64,000 nt of DNA from a virus. The position numbers and the translations under genes were made by a program. Position 1 is the first letter of the stretch; each line of letters opens with the position of its first letter. The notes under the pieces were generated by a model. It ran no database searches. It saw only the letters and a program-made list of their open reading frames with translations, and was not told the origin of the DNA. This document shows positions 17,335 to 27,277 of the stretch, piece by piece. The stretch spans positions 60,580 through 124,579 of IMG/VR virus record IMGVR_UViG_2974694417_000001, one strand, 5' to 3'.

Positions 17335-18238
17335 AGATGTAGTAATTATTGGTGGTGGAGTCGCAGGTACAACTGTGGCTTTATATCTTGCTCGTGCAGG
17401 ATTCGAACCTCTCTTATTGACAGATGGTGAAATTGGTGGAAATCTTAATTCTATTGATACCATTCAAAATTACGTTGGAATTTATAACGCAAAAGGTAGC
17501 GATATTACAGAGGCAATCCGCTCTCAACTTTATCAAGCTGGAATCCTTAACAATGTTAAAGAAGATACTAAAGTAACCAATGTTTCCAAAGACAAGAATG
17601 GACTTTACATGATTACATATGAAAACCTTTTAGGTGCTGAAAACATTGTTATGTCTAAAAACCTTGTCATTGCAACAGGTCAACACAATCTCAAACTTCC
17701 AATTGATGTAGAACAACACAACTGTGTTTTGTGTGATGGTTTTATGTTTAAAGGTGAACCAGTAGTTGTAATTGGTGGTGGAAATTCTGCATTAACAGAA
17801 GCAATCGAACTAGCTAAAACATCAAGTAAAGTTTATCTTGTTACACGTAGACCTGAATTTCGTGCAGAACAACACTTACAAAATGAAATCAAAGAACATG
17901 ATAACATTGTTCATTCAGTAGGCAATCTTCAATCTGTGGTTGGGGATTCATATATCTTTGATACTCACACACTCATTGCAAAAGGACTTTTTGTTTATAT
18001 TGGTTCAAAACCTAATACACAGTTTATGGAAGACGAATTAATTCTAACAGATAGCGGACACATTGAAACGATGAATCATAACGCTCTTGTTGGTGTTAAA
18101 GGTAGTCGTCACATGAATATTGACCGTAATTTATATGTTGTTGGCGATGTGAATGGTGCGGTTGAAGCAAAACAATTTGGTATTGCTATTGGTCAAGCTA
18201 CAGAAGTTGCAGTCCAACTTATTAAAAAATTATCATAA
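17324..18238 (+). CDS. trxB: Thioredoxin reductase (FAD/NADPH)
   Basis: DVVIIGGGVAG, VIATG, CVLCDG redox motif, VVVIGGGNSALTEA, YVVGDV. Confidence 0.9.
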   Translation: MEIKDVVIIGGGVAGTTVALYLARAGFEPLLLTDGEIGGNLNSIDTIQNYVGIYNAKGSDITEAIRSQLYQAGILNNVKEDTKVTNVSKDKNGLYMITYENLLGAENIVMSKNLVIATGQHNLKLPIDVEQHNCVLCDGFMFKGEPVVVIGGGNSALTEAIELAKTSSKVYLVTRRPEFRAEQHLQNEIKEHDNIVHSVGNLQSVVGDSYIFDTHTLIAKGLFVYIGSKPNTQFMEDELILTDSGHIETMNHNALVGVKGSRHMNIDRNLYVVGDVNGAVEAKQFGIAIGQATEVAVQLIKKLS

Positions 18239-18252
18239 CTATGACCTAACTC

Positions 18253-18281
18253 TTGACATATGCTATTAATTATGATATAAT
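18253..18281 (+). promoter_or_regulatory. sigmaA-type promoter
   Basis: TTGACA-17-TGaTATAAT. Confidence 0.88.
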
Positions 18282-18316
18282 ATTATTAGTAATATGTTTA
18301 GAAAGGAGAACATTAA

Positions 18317-18997
18317 ATGAGTTTAAAAGGTGAACTGATATTTGATAATTTAGAAAATATGGACAATATCCTTATTTTTGTTGGTGCAAGTGGAAGTGGT
18401 AAATCAACTCTTGTAGAACACATAAGAAAAAACTTAGGCATTCCTCAGCTTGTCACTACTACAACACGTAATCAGAGATATAGCGAAAAAGAAGGAAAAG
18501 ATTATCATTTCATTGAGGTTGAAGAGTTTAACCGTTTAGCTGACAATAAGTCTTTTTTAGAAACTACAAGTTATTCTGGTAACCTATATGGTTTAACTAA
18601 AGAAGAAATTGATAAAAATTCTAATAATGTATCAACTATTATCACAGATATCAACGGTGCTCGTACATTGGCAAATCTATATCCAGACCGTGTTATGGTC
18701 TTTTGGATGAAAAGTACACCACTTAATCTTGTTAAGAGATTGAGAAAACGTGGTGAAAACTGGTTCACGATTATAACGAGACTATTTAATGCTTATCGCT
18801 GTGATGAATTTACCGTTCCATCATCAAAGTTTGTCGATGTAACATTTACGGTTATTCATTCGGAAGATGATATGGTTAATAATTTCGGAATAGTTTATTA
18901 TAAGCTATTGACAGATGAGTTCAAAAAGAACACAGACTATCTACAAAGACTAGAAAAAGAAAAGGAACTAAATAATGGCAGAAAGACGTTACTATAA
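18317..18997 (+). CDS. gmk: Guanylate kinase-like nucleoside monophosphate kinase
   Basis: GASGSGKST P-loop, TTTTR..RYSEKEGKDYHF, YSGNLYG. Confidence 0.85.
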   Translation: MSLKGELIFDNLENMDNILIFVGASGSGKSTLVEHIRKNLGIPQLVTTTTRNQRYSEKEGKDYHFIEVEEFNRLADNKSFLETTSYSGNLYGLTKEEIDKNSNNVSTIITDINGARTLANLYPDRVMVFWMKSTPLNLVKRLRKRGENWFTIITRLFNAYRCDEFTVPSSKFVDVTFTVIHSEDDMVNNFGIVYYKLLTDEFKKNTDYLQRLEKEKELNNGRKTLL

Positions 18998-19718
18998 AAC
19001 AGGAGAACAGGTATGGTCAAATAAAGACGGTACAGTTGCTATTGTCAAAAGTGTCGATACTGTAAATAAAGAAATGACAGTTTATCTTCTTGATGAAAAA
19101 GATAAGGCAACTACAGTTACACGCAACCTTTGGGAATTTGATAAACTTCGTGGATTCAATAAATATGAAGCTGGAACAATTGGTTTTGCTAAATTCCGCC
19201 CAACAGCTAAAATCCCAACTAAGAATCATTTTGAAGATGCAGGATTTGATGTTTACTTAGATATTCCTAAAGAACACAAATGGAAAGATTTATCAGGTCA
19301 AGAACATGACTCATGGAATAATGGAGTCCTTTCACTTCATATCTTCAAAGGTAAACCAACTCTACTACCAACTGGTGTTGGTGTAAAAGTTTCAGAAGAC
19401 TACTATACTGATTGGGCTAACGAACGTGGCTCAACTGGCTTACAAGGTATGGCTACACTTTCAGGTGTTGTTGATTCAGGGTATCGTGGTGAAGTATTCC
19501 TTGATATTGCTCCAACTTATAAAGATATTGTTATTACAAATGCCTATCAAGATGTCAAGGAAACTGATAATGAAATCTTCTTCCCAATTACAAAAGCTGT
19601 TGCTCAAATGATTGTACGTGATAACTTACATTTACGTGAATATGAATTATCTATTGATGATTTTAAAGATGATGTAACTAATCGTGGAGATTCTAAATTA
19701 GGTGCTTCTGGAAAATAA
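18975..19718 (+). CDS. dut: Trimeric dUTPase with ~70-aa N-terminal extension
   Basis: DAGFDV, LLPTGV, ERGSTG, GVVDSGYRGE, AQMIV, RGDSKLGASG motifs. Confidence 0.9.
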   Translation: MAERRYYKTGEQVWSNKDGTVAIVKSVDTVNKEMTVYLLDEKDKATTVTRNLWEFDKLRGFNKYEAGTIGFAKFRPTAKIPTKNHFEDAGFDVYLDIPKEHKWKDLSGQEHDSWNNGVLSLHIFKGKPTLLPTGVGVKVSEDYYTDWANERGSTGLQGMATLSGVVDSGYRGEVFLDIAPTYKDIVITNAYQDVKETDNEIFFPITKAVAQMIVRDNLHLREYELSIDDFKDDVTNRGDSKLGASGK

Positions 19719-19727
19719 TAATACATC

Positions 19728-19754
19728 AACTAGCTTCGGCTAGTTTTTGTTTTC
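19728..19754 (+). terminator. Intrinsic terminator
   Basis: AACTAGC-TTCG-GCTAGTT followed by a T run. Confidence 0.85.
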
Positions 19755-19756
19755 TC

Positions 19757-19785
19757 TTGACAAGTAAGGAAAATTATGATATAAT
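19757..19785 (+). promoter_or_regulatory. sigmaA-type promoter
   Basis: TTGACA-17-TGaTATAAT. Confidence 0.88.
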
Positions 19786-19812
19786 ATTATTATAATAAAA
19801 AAGGAGAAAATA

Positions 19813-20574
19813 ATGAATTTAGAGCAATACTTAAAATTAACTGGCTTTGATAATCCTGAGCCGAAAGGTATCAATATTGCAATTCTTGACAGTGGATTTA
19901 ATACACAAAATAAAAATGTAAAATATAGATTTAATGCCTTTGACAAATCAGATGACGTAAAGGATGAACGTGGACATGGTACTGCCATTTTTGATATTAT
20001 CAGTACAATTTCACCAAACTCAAACTTCTATTTATTCAAAGCTTTAGATAAAGACGGAAAAGGAACAATGTTATCAATTTATGAATCATTGATTCGTGTA
20101 CGTGATATTGAAGAGATTGATATTGTCTGTATGAGTTTTAGTAGTTTTCAAAAACTTAGCATTACAACAGATAAAGCAATCAAAGAATGCCTTGAAAATA
20201 AAAAGATTCTTGTGTCAGCATTGGGTAATGATGAACGAAAACAAGATACTTATCCAAGTGCTGTGGAAGGTGTATATAAAGTAGGTGCACTTTCTGAAAG
20301 TCTAATCTCACGTTACCACCTATCAAATTATTCTCCAACAACTCACTTTGTGGCATTAGGTGAAAATATTCTTGCCAATGAAGAACTACGTGAGGGCACA
20401 AGCTTTGCAACTGCTATTGTTGTTGGACAAATTGCAGAGATTATGGCTCATTATAAAATCAAAAAAGAAGAAGTTAATTATGAATTATTTGAAGATTCGT
20501 TCTTATCTAGTTCATCACGGACTATAGACATGGCTAGGGGTCATCTTCTTAAAGGAGGCAATGATGAGTTTTAG
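19813..20574 (+). CDS. Subtilisin-like serine protease (S8), no signal peptide or propeptide evident
   Basis: Catalytic triad IAILDSG / HGT / GTSFAT plus oxyanion ALGND. Confidence 0.88.
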   Translation: MNLEQYLKLTGFDNPEPKGINIAILDSGFNTQNKNVKYRFNAFDKSDDVKDERGHGTAIFDIISTISPNSNFYLFKALDKDGKGTMLSIYESLIRVRDIEEIDIVCMSFSSFQKLSITTDKAIKECLENKKILVSALGNDERKQDTYPSAVEGVYKVGALSESLISRYHLSNYSPTTHFVALGENILANEELREGTSFATAIVVGQIAEIMAHYKIKKEEVNYELFEDSFLSSSSRTIDMARGHLLKGGNDEF

Positions 20575-21085
20575 TGATGAATTTGAATTTAATTACCTAA
20601 AAACAATGTATGCTAGTGGATACAGTCTTGAAAACATCGATAAATATCTATCAGATTCAGGGCATACTGCACAGGATTTCATCAACGAACTAGTTTTGCG
20701 TGAAATCACAGTTAGTGAAACTAAAAAAACTGGTAAACGTTTATCAGAAGACTTGAAGAAATTAATTGCACAACGTGATGGAAATGGAATCTCTCGAACA
20801 GAAATACTTCAAGAACTCAATCTCAATTTTGTAACTGTTCGTAGAGCTTGTGAGAAATATGGTTCTGCAAATAAACACAATGGACGAGTGTCATATCGTG
20901 ACATTTATGAAGTTGTTCCTTTTGCCATTAAACATGTGACAGATGGAATCACTTGTCCCATATGTAGAGGACGAGCTAATAGTACAGAGGGTTCACCTAA
21001 TGTTTTCTTCTGTGTTAAATGCTTAGAGGAATATACTATTCGTCATAACAAATTGTATCGCACACGTTGGGAAAATGTAGACTAA
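20561..21085 (+). CDS. Putative DNA-binding protein (HTH-like segments plus C-terminal Zn ribbon)
   Basis: GYSLENIDKYL, GISRTEILQELNLNFVTVRRACEKYG, CPIC...CVKC. Confidence 0.6.
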   Translation: MMSFSDEFEFNYLKTMYASGYSLENIDKYLSDSGHTAQDFINELVLREITVSETKKTGKRLSEDLKKLIAQRDGNGISRTEILQELNLNFVTVRRACEKYGSANKHNGRVSYRDIYEVVPFAIKHVTDGITCPICRGRANSTEGSPNVFFCVKCLEEYTIRHNKLYRTRWENVD

Positions 21086-21126
21086 AAAAAATCAAAAGAA
21101 TAAAAAAGAACACAAGGAGAAATAAA

Positions 21127-21759
21127 ATGACATACCAATTGAAAGTAATTTACCCTAAACAAGAATCTATTGAATCGAATAAATTCACTGAACGTAGCCA
21201 TAACGAGTTAATTGATGATGTATCTGCTGAGGATGCAATTAAGACTTATAAAGATTTGCTAGTACAAGGATACTCTATCGCAACATCATTTACTCCACCA
21301 GAGATTGTAGAAGATGAAAATTTTGATGCATTTGTTGTGGCTAAAAATCTTGAATTGGCAGGGTTACCATATACAGCAACTATCAAACTTAAGAGTAAAA
21401 CAGATTACGAGGGCGCCAAAGATATTACTAGGGTTATTGAACAACAAGGGTTTGATTATTCAGTAACAGCCAAATTGAATATTAATGAAAATTCACCTGT
21501 AGACTTTGAAAAGGAAAGTACTTGGTTTGATTCTGAATACGCTTCATACTCTGTATTACCTAAAGCTAAAAGTTACGACATTATGGATTTAAAATCTCTA
21601 TATGAAACATTATCAGATATGAATCTAAAAGTATCAATCGGTCTTAAGATGCGTACTAAAAAAGATAATGATGAAGTCTTTGAACAACAACTGGATTCTT
21701 ATCCAGATGACACACTTATTATTTTAAAACTTAAGGATGCTGATATTTATGGAGAATAA
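21127..21759 (+). CDS. Hypothetical protein
   Basis: ATG 21127 with AAGGAG RBS; acidic, with repeated (G)Y-S/T-x-T-x-K strands. Confidence 0.75.
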   Translation: MTYQLKVIYPKQESIESNKFTERSHNELIDDVSAEDAIKTYKDLLVQGYSIATSFTPPEIVEDENFDAFVVAKNLELAGLPYTATIKLKSKTDYEGAKDITRVIEQQGFDYSVTAKLNINENSPVDFEKESTWFDSEYASYSVLPKAKSYDIMDLKSLYETLSDMNLKVSIGLKMRTKKDNDEVFEQQLDSYPDDTLIILKLKDADIYGE

Positions 21760-22084
21760 AGTATATGCTGATGCCATATTATTAAAGTATGAACAAGGTG
21801 AATATGAAGGTTATGAACTGGTAGTTTTTAATGTTTTAGATAAAAATTCAACACTACTAGAGATTACTGATGTTTCAAAGTTATTCTTAAAAGAGTATGT
21901 GCGTGATGAAGATTCCCTATCTTATACTGGAATGACGATATTTGCTGAACATTGGAAAAATGGAAAAGTGGTAAAGAGTATTAAAATAGGTAATGTTCAC
22001 GATGATGACGATAGAGATGGTTTACCAGTTTGGAAATGCGATTGGGAAATTGGTGAAACTGAATACTTTTATCCGTATGGTTGA
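21749..22084 (+). CDS. Hypothetical protein
   Basis: ATG 21749 after AAGGA; overlaps the upstream stop. Confidence 0.65.
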   Translation: MENKVYADAILLKYEQGEYEGYELVVFNVLDKNSTLLEITDVSKLFLKEYVRDEDSLSYTGMTIFAEHWKNGKVVKSIKIGNVHDDDDRDGLPVWKCDWEIGETEYFYPYG

Positions 22085-22090
22085 TGAATA

Positions 22091-22139
22091 AAAATAGTTG
22101 GGGCTTAGTCTTGACTATTTTTTTGTTTTATGATATAAT
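22091..22139 (+). promoter_or_regulatory. sigmaA promoter of dnaE with -35 in the 3' arm of a terminator-like hairpin
   Basis: TTGACT(22111)-17-TATAAT(22134); AAAATAGTTGGGG/TCTTGACTATTTT stem followed by a T run. Confidence 0.8.
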
Positions 22140-22179
22140 AGATATGTAATAAAATATTTAAAAATATAGGAGGAATTGA

Positions 22180-25100
22180 ATGACAGACTTAAACGCATTA
22201 ACATACCAAAACATTCACTCACACAGTTTTTATTCAAATATTTCAACACATGACTCAGTTATCTCTCGTACAGATGTAGCAGAGCGTGCTGTTGAGCTAG
22301 GGCATACAACCTTATCATGTATTGAGCATGGTTATATGGGGAACGTATTTGAAACTTATAGAATTGCTAAACAATTTAATCTTAAACTAATCTTTGGAAC
22401 AGAGTTCTATTATGTTAAAGACCGCTTCGAGAAAGACCGTACTAACTCTCACTTGCTCGTTGTAGCTAAGAATGAGAATGGGAAAGAGGCTATTACAGGG
22501 CTTATTTCAGAATCATATCAAACTGGATTCTATGGACGTAACCGTATTGACGAAGAATTATTATTCTCTCTTCCAAAAGATGATGTTATTGTAACGACTG
22601 CTTGTATTGCAAGCCCTATTAATCTTTATGAGGGATATGCTGAGTACTTCATTCCAAAAGCTAAAGCTTATTTTGGCGACAACTTCTTCTTGGAAGTTCA
22701 ACCACATTGGAATAAAAAGCAAGCTGACTTTAATAAAAAGTTAGTTGAATACCGTAAAGAATATAATGTTCCTTTTATCTTAGGTGTTGATACTCATTAT
22801 ATCAAAGAAGAAGATTATAAAATGCGTGACATCTATCTTAAATCTCGTAAAATTGTTTATGATAAAGAGGAGGGGTTCTTCATGGACTATCCTGAAACAA
22901 AAACAATCATTGAGAGATTTAACAAACAGGCTGTATTGAGTGACGAACAAATCACAGAAGCTTTTAATAACAGCCATATTGTTGATGAGTTTGATTCTAT
23001 TGAGATTACCGATGATATTAAAATGCCATCAGTTTACCCAGATAAAACAGAAGAAGAAAAGGTTGAGATTCTTAAAAAGCATATTAATAAAGCTTGGATT
23101 GAAGACCGTAAGCATATTCCGAAAGAACGTCATAAGGAGTATATCGAAGCTATTAAATCAGAGATGTCTATTGTAGAGAATACTCACATGACAGATTACT
23201 TCTTGATGAATGAAAAAATTATTAGTTTAGGAAAAGAGAAATATGGTGGAGTCTTGACTAAGACAGGAAGAGGGAGCGCACCTTCTTTCTACTTAAATAA
23301 ACTACTTGATTTTACAGCAGTAGACCGTGTCAATTCGCCATTAAAATTATATCCTACTCGATTTATGTCTGAATCACGTATACTAGAGGCAAAAAGTTTA
23401 CCAGATGTGGATTTTAATACGGCTAATCCAGAACCTTTTATGAGAGCTCAGAAAGAAATTTTGGGAGAAGATAATGCCTATCAAATGATTGCTTATGGTA
23501 CAATGCAAGAAAAAGATGCTTTCAAAACATATTGTCGTGGGTTAGATATACCAAAAAATGAATATTGGACAATTGCCGATGACCTTGAACGTTGGGTTAA
23601 AACTGATAAATGGCGAGATATCATTAAAACTAGCCAACAATTCATTGGTGTTGTCACTTCATTTTCACCTCACCCATGTTCATCATTACTTTTGTCAGAC
23701 CCTATCTCTCGCAAGATTGGTGTCATTAAGACAAAAGAAGGTGTAGATGTTGCTTTAATTGGTTCGTATGATTCAGATGTTTATAAATATCTTAAAAACG
23801 ACTTATTAGTTGTTACTGTTTGGGACATTATCGCTAAAGTATGTAAAGAATTAGATATTGAAATTCCTGATGTGCGTACTCTTACAAAACTAGTAGAGAA
23901 TAATGATAAAGTATGGGACTTGTATAAAGATGGAATGGTTGCAACTCTTAATCAAGCTGGAACACCTTCTGGCAAGCCACAAGTTATGCAATATAAACCT
24001 CAAAGTGTTCGTGAATTAAGTATGTGGGTTGCAGGTATTCGCCCTTCATTCGCAAGTATGAAATCCTATTTCTTAAATAGACAACCTTTTAGCTATAACA
24101 TCCCAGCCTTTGATAAACTTCTTAAGGATAGTGATAATTTCGTGCTCTTCCAAGAATCAATTATGGCAACCTTACAATTCGCTGGGTACGAAGAAGATGT
24201 TACTTATGGACTTCTTAAAGCTATTGCCAAGAAGAAAAAAGGTATTATTGAACCTATCCACGACAAATTTATTGAGGGATTCGTAGCTAAAACTGGTTCA
24301 GAAGAACAGGCTTTAAAAGTTTGGACTATCATTGAGAATGCCGTTGGGTAAACGGAGGTATCTTCAATGCAAAATAAAAAATTTAAAAACAATTATATTC
24401 TGACAGAAAAAGATAAAAAATTATTAATAGATTTATACTATCAAAACATCAAATTTAAAGAAATGAAAGAAATTACCAATTTTCCTTATCGAAAAATACG
24501 TGATTTCTTTAAAAACAATAATCTTAATTTGGTTAAAAGATATACTTTAAATGAAAATTATTTTGATAGTATTGACAATGCAAAGCAAGCTTATTGGTTA
24601 GGTTACTTATGGACTGATGGATTTGTTGGTTCTGGTAAATACAATAATATTGTACTTTCTAGTATTGATGAAAATGTAGTAGATGAATTTAACAAAGATA
24701 TATCACTAGTTGGTATAAATTTTAAGAAGGTTCATACTGATAGAAGTAATTCTTATGGTAACAAAACTTTATTTGAATCTCGATTTTCTTCATATAAAAT
24801 GGCTGAAAATCTAAGACACTATAATATTACAGCCAATAGAAAAGAAACTAATTTTTTACCAGTTGAAAATATTCCATCAAAAATTTTAAAATATGTACTC
24901 TTTGGGATGCTTGATGGAGATGGTAATCTTGGAGCTAGAGGTGGAAATCTAATTTCAGTAAACATATATGCAACTTCAAATAATTTAGATTCATATATAA
25001 ATTTTGTCAAACTATTAAATTTATCTTATTCTGTTAACTATCATAAAGAAAAAGAATGTAATTATATCCGTTTTCTTTTAAAAGATGATTTCACTAGAGA

Positions 25101-26439
25101 AATAATAAAAGAATATCTAGCCACATCTCTCATAAAAAGAAAATCTGCCCCTTTACTATCGTGAGATAGTGTCGAAAACAGTTTAAACTGCTGGAACTCC
25201 CTAAAGACATATTAACTACAACGTAACTAGAAATGGTAAGCGTGAATGTTGCGAAAGCAGAAAAAATAATATGTATGACCTATGTTGAAATAAAAGCCGA
25301 AAGGTACTAAGGGTTTGGACAATGGGAAATCAGCAACGAAATTCCTTCAAAGGAAGACGCTCAACGACTATAATAGCTGATAGATTATAAATCTATATTG
25401 TATAGTTCTACTCCGTAATAAATATGACGAAAGTCACGGTATAAAGGATAGTTTTAACTCATCACACGCTTACTCTGTAGCCCTTGATTCATTATATGGT
25501 GCATGGCTCAAAGCCAATCATCCATTAGAGTATTTCTCAGTGGTTTTGAATGTTTACAAAAACTCCAAAGATAAACAAGCTGAATTAATTAACGAACTAG
25601 AATACTTTGGAATAACTCTTAAAGGATTACAATTTGGTAAATCTAAATCTGATTATTCTTATGAAACAGAAACAAATACAATCTATAAGGGAATCTCTAC
25701 CGTTGCGTATCTTAATCAACAAGTCTCAGATAACCTCTACAATCTTGCAAACGAGAAACATTATGAAAAAGATGATATTGTTCAACTCTTTCTTGACATC
25801 TTAGATGGTGCTCTTGCCGACAATAGACAAATGAATATCTTGATTAAACTTGGATTCTTTAAAGAATTTGGTGAAGAATCAATACTTCTTGAACTCTACA
25901 ATACGATGACTGGATATCAAGCTAAGAAGCCCAACCCTATCTTTACAGATAACAAAAAGCTTGACGTCAAATACTCACGTACACACAAGGAGAAAACTAA
26001 GCTTGTACGTATTGAAAATATTAAAGAATATTATGGTTTAATCTTGAAAAATGCTCATTTACTTCCTACGACTAATCTATTTGATAGACTTACAAGTGAA
26101 GTTGAGTACATGGGATATGCTGAAACTCTTGACCAAAGTCTTGGAAAAAATGTTTACGTTGTTATGGATATCAATACTAAATATACACCAGTTTATACTC
26201 TATATAATATGTATGATGGACATATCTCTGTTGCCAAGATTGATAAGAAAAAAGCTTATCGTGATACAAAATCAACCAAAGATGGAGAATTAATCATCAA
26301 ACTTGGAGACCAGATTGAAGTTATGGAATTTGCTCAAAGACCTAAAATGGCTTTAGTTGATGGTAAATGGGAATCAAACTATGACCAAATGCAAGATTAC
26401 ATCGAACATGTTCGAATGATTAAACGTTATGAAGATTAA
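22180..26439 (+). CDS. dnaE: DNA polymerase III alpha subunit (DnaE-type, family C); exons 22180-24349 + 25448-26439, 1053 aa spliced
   Basis: PHP domain HSHS/EHG/DTHY, GRGSA, PDVDF, KNDLL. Splicing restores NAVG|YSFNSSHAYS. Confidence 0.93.
24350..25447 (+). mobile_element. Group I intron in dnaE (1098 nt) with LAGLIDADG endonuclease in the P1 loop
   Basis: GGGU| exon end; candidate IGS GCCC at 25147; P2 ACUAUC-GUGA-GAUAGU; P3 CAGUU/AGCUG; CUCAACGACUA core; terminal G25447. Confidence 0.9.
24367..25164 (+). CDS. Intron-encoded LAGLIDADG homing endonuclease (two motifs)
   Basis: AYWLGYLWTDGFV and YVLFGMLDGDGNL; preceded by RYTLNENYFDSID; GGAGG RBS. Confidence 0.88.
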   Translation: MQNKKFKNNYILTEKDKKLLIDLYYQNIKFKEMKEITNFPYRKIRDFFKNNNLNLVKRYTLNENYFDSIDNAKQAYWLGYLWTDGFVGSGKYNNIVLSSIDENVVDEFNKDISLVGINFKKVHTDRSNSYGNKTLFESRFSSYKMAENLRHYNITANRKETNFLPVENIPSKILKYVLFGMLDGDGNLGARGGNLISVNIYATSNNLDSYINFVKLLNLSYSVNYHKEKECNYIRFLLKDDFTREIIKEYLATSLIKRKSAPLLS

Positions 26440-26449
26440 ATATATTTGT

Positions 26450-26491
26450 AATACACCTGTAATTGACTTTATGGGTGTATTTTGGTATAAT
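26450..26491 (+). promoter_or_regulatory. Terminator-like hairpin after dnaE whose loop is the -35 box of a sigmaA promoter
   Basis: AATACACCTGTAA-[TTGACT]-TTATGGGTGTATT; TTGACT(26463)-17-TATAAT(26486). Confidence 0.82.
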
Positions 26492-26522
26492 TAATATATA
26501 GAAAATGTAAGGAGAAAATAAC

Positions 26523-26855
26523 ATGAAAATTAATTTAAATAACGAAGAACTTTTACAATCGACGCTTGAACCACAAGAATTTAAAGATGTTAATTTAATA
26601 TTTGTTCGTCTTGCATCAGAAGGGTTGTCACCAGAAGACTGGTATCTCACAGAAATTCCTTCTGAACGTGTTTATCTTTTTGAGAACACAAGTGGTGATA
26701 AATTCTTTGATATTTATTTCTTAAATGATAATATCGTTCGTCCACAGTACTTTAAATCACCAGAGAACTGGAATGGTAAAGAAGGAACATATATCAATAT
26801 TCATGATGCACAAACAATCAAAGAAGCTGTTGAAAAATATGAAGTAGGAGAATAA
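26523..26855 (+). CDS. Hypothetical protein
   Basis: 110 aa with AAGGAG RBS. Confidence 0.72.
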   Translation: MKINLNNEELLQSTLEPQEFKDVNLIFVRLASEGLSPEDWYLTEIPSERVYLFENTSGDKFFDIYFLNDNIVRPQYFKSPENWNGKEGTYINIHDAQTIKEAVEKYEVGE

Positions 26856-26857
26856 CC

Positions 26858-27142
26858 ATGAATAAAGAAATAGAATCACAACTAAAAAGAATCGAACCTG
26901 TTATTAAAAAGGTAGATTCTTACACTCAAGAACAAATGATTGAGTTTGCAAAATTTGTTTCTGGGTACACAGCAGAATATGTTTCGCAAGAACTTGATAA
27001 AGATTGTTTTGAAATGCACGGATATGGTATCGGTACATGGTATAGTGCTGAAAATGCAATTGCAGAGTTATTCGAAGATGATGATGATAAAAAAGAATCT
27101 GTAGATAGCCATTCAAAACTTACTCTCGAAGATTTTATGTAA
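26858..27142 (+). CDS. Hypothetical protein
   Basis: 94 aa with AGGAG RBS. Confidence 0.72.
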   Translation: MNKEIESQLKRIEPVIKKVDSYTQEQMIEFAKFVSGYTAEYVSQELDKDCFEMHGYGIGTWYSAENAIAELFEDDDDKKESVDSHSKLTLEDFM

Positions 27143-27185
27143 AATCCGTCAGTATTATGATTGATTAAAAAAACACACTTATCTC

Positions 27186-27214
27186 TTGACAATTATCTGT
27201 CATTATGATATAAT
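27186..27214 (+). promoter_or_regulatory. sigmaA-type promoter
   Basis: TTGACA-17-TGaTATAAT. Confidence 0.88.
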
Positions 27215-27277
27215 ATATATATAGGTTAAAGCAATAGCCTAAACAATAAAACTTAATTCCAAAAGGAGAAAAACACT

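Noticed and set aside
3192-26439. nrdD, nrdE, nrdF and dnaE as fragmented pseudogenes, frameshifts or intein-containing genes
   Set aside because: The inserts contain stop codons, so they are not inteins. They have group I core elements, and exact removal restores conserved motifs in frame.
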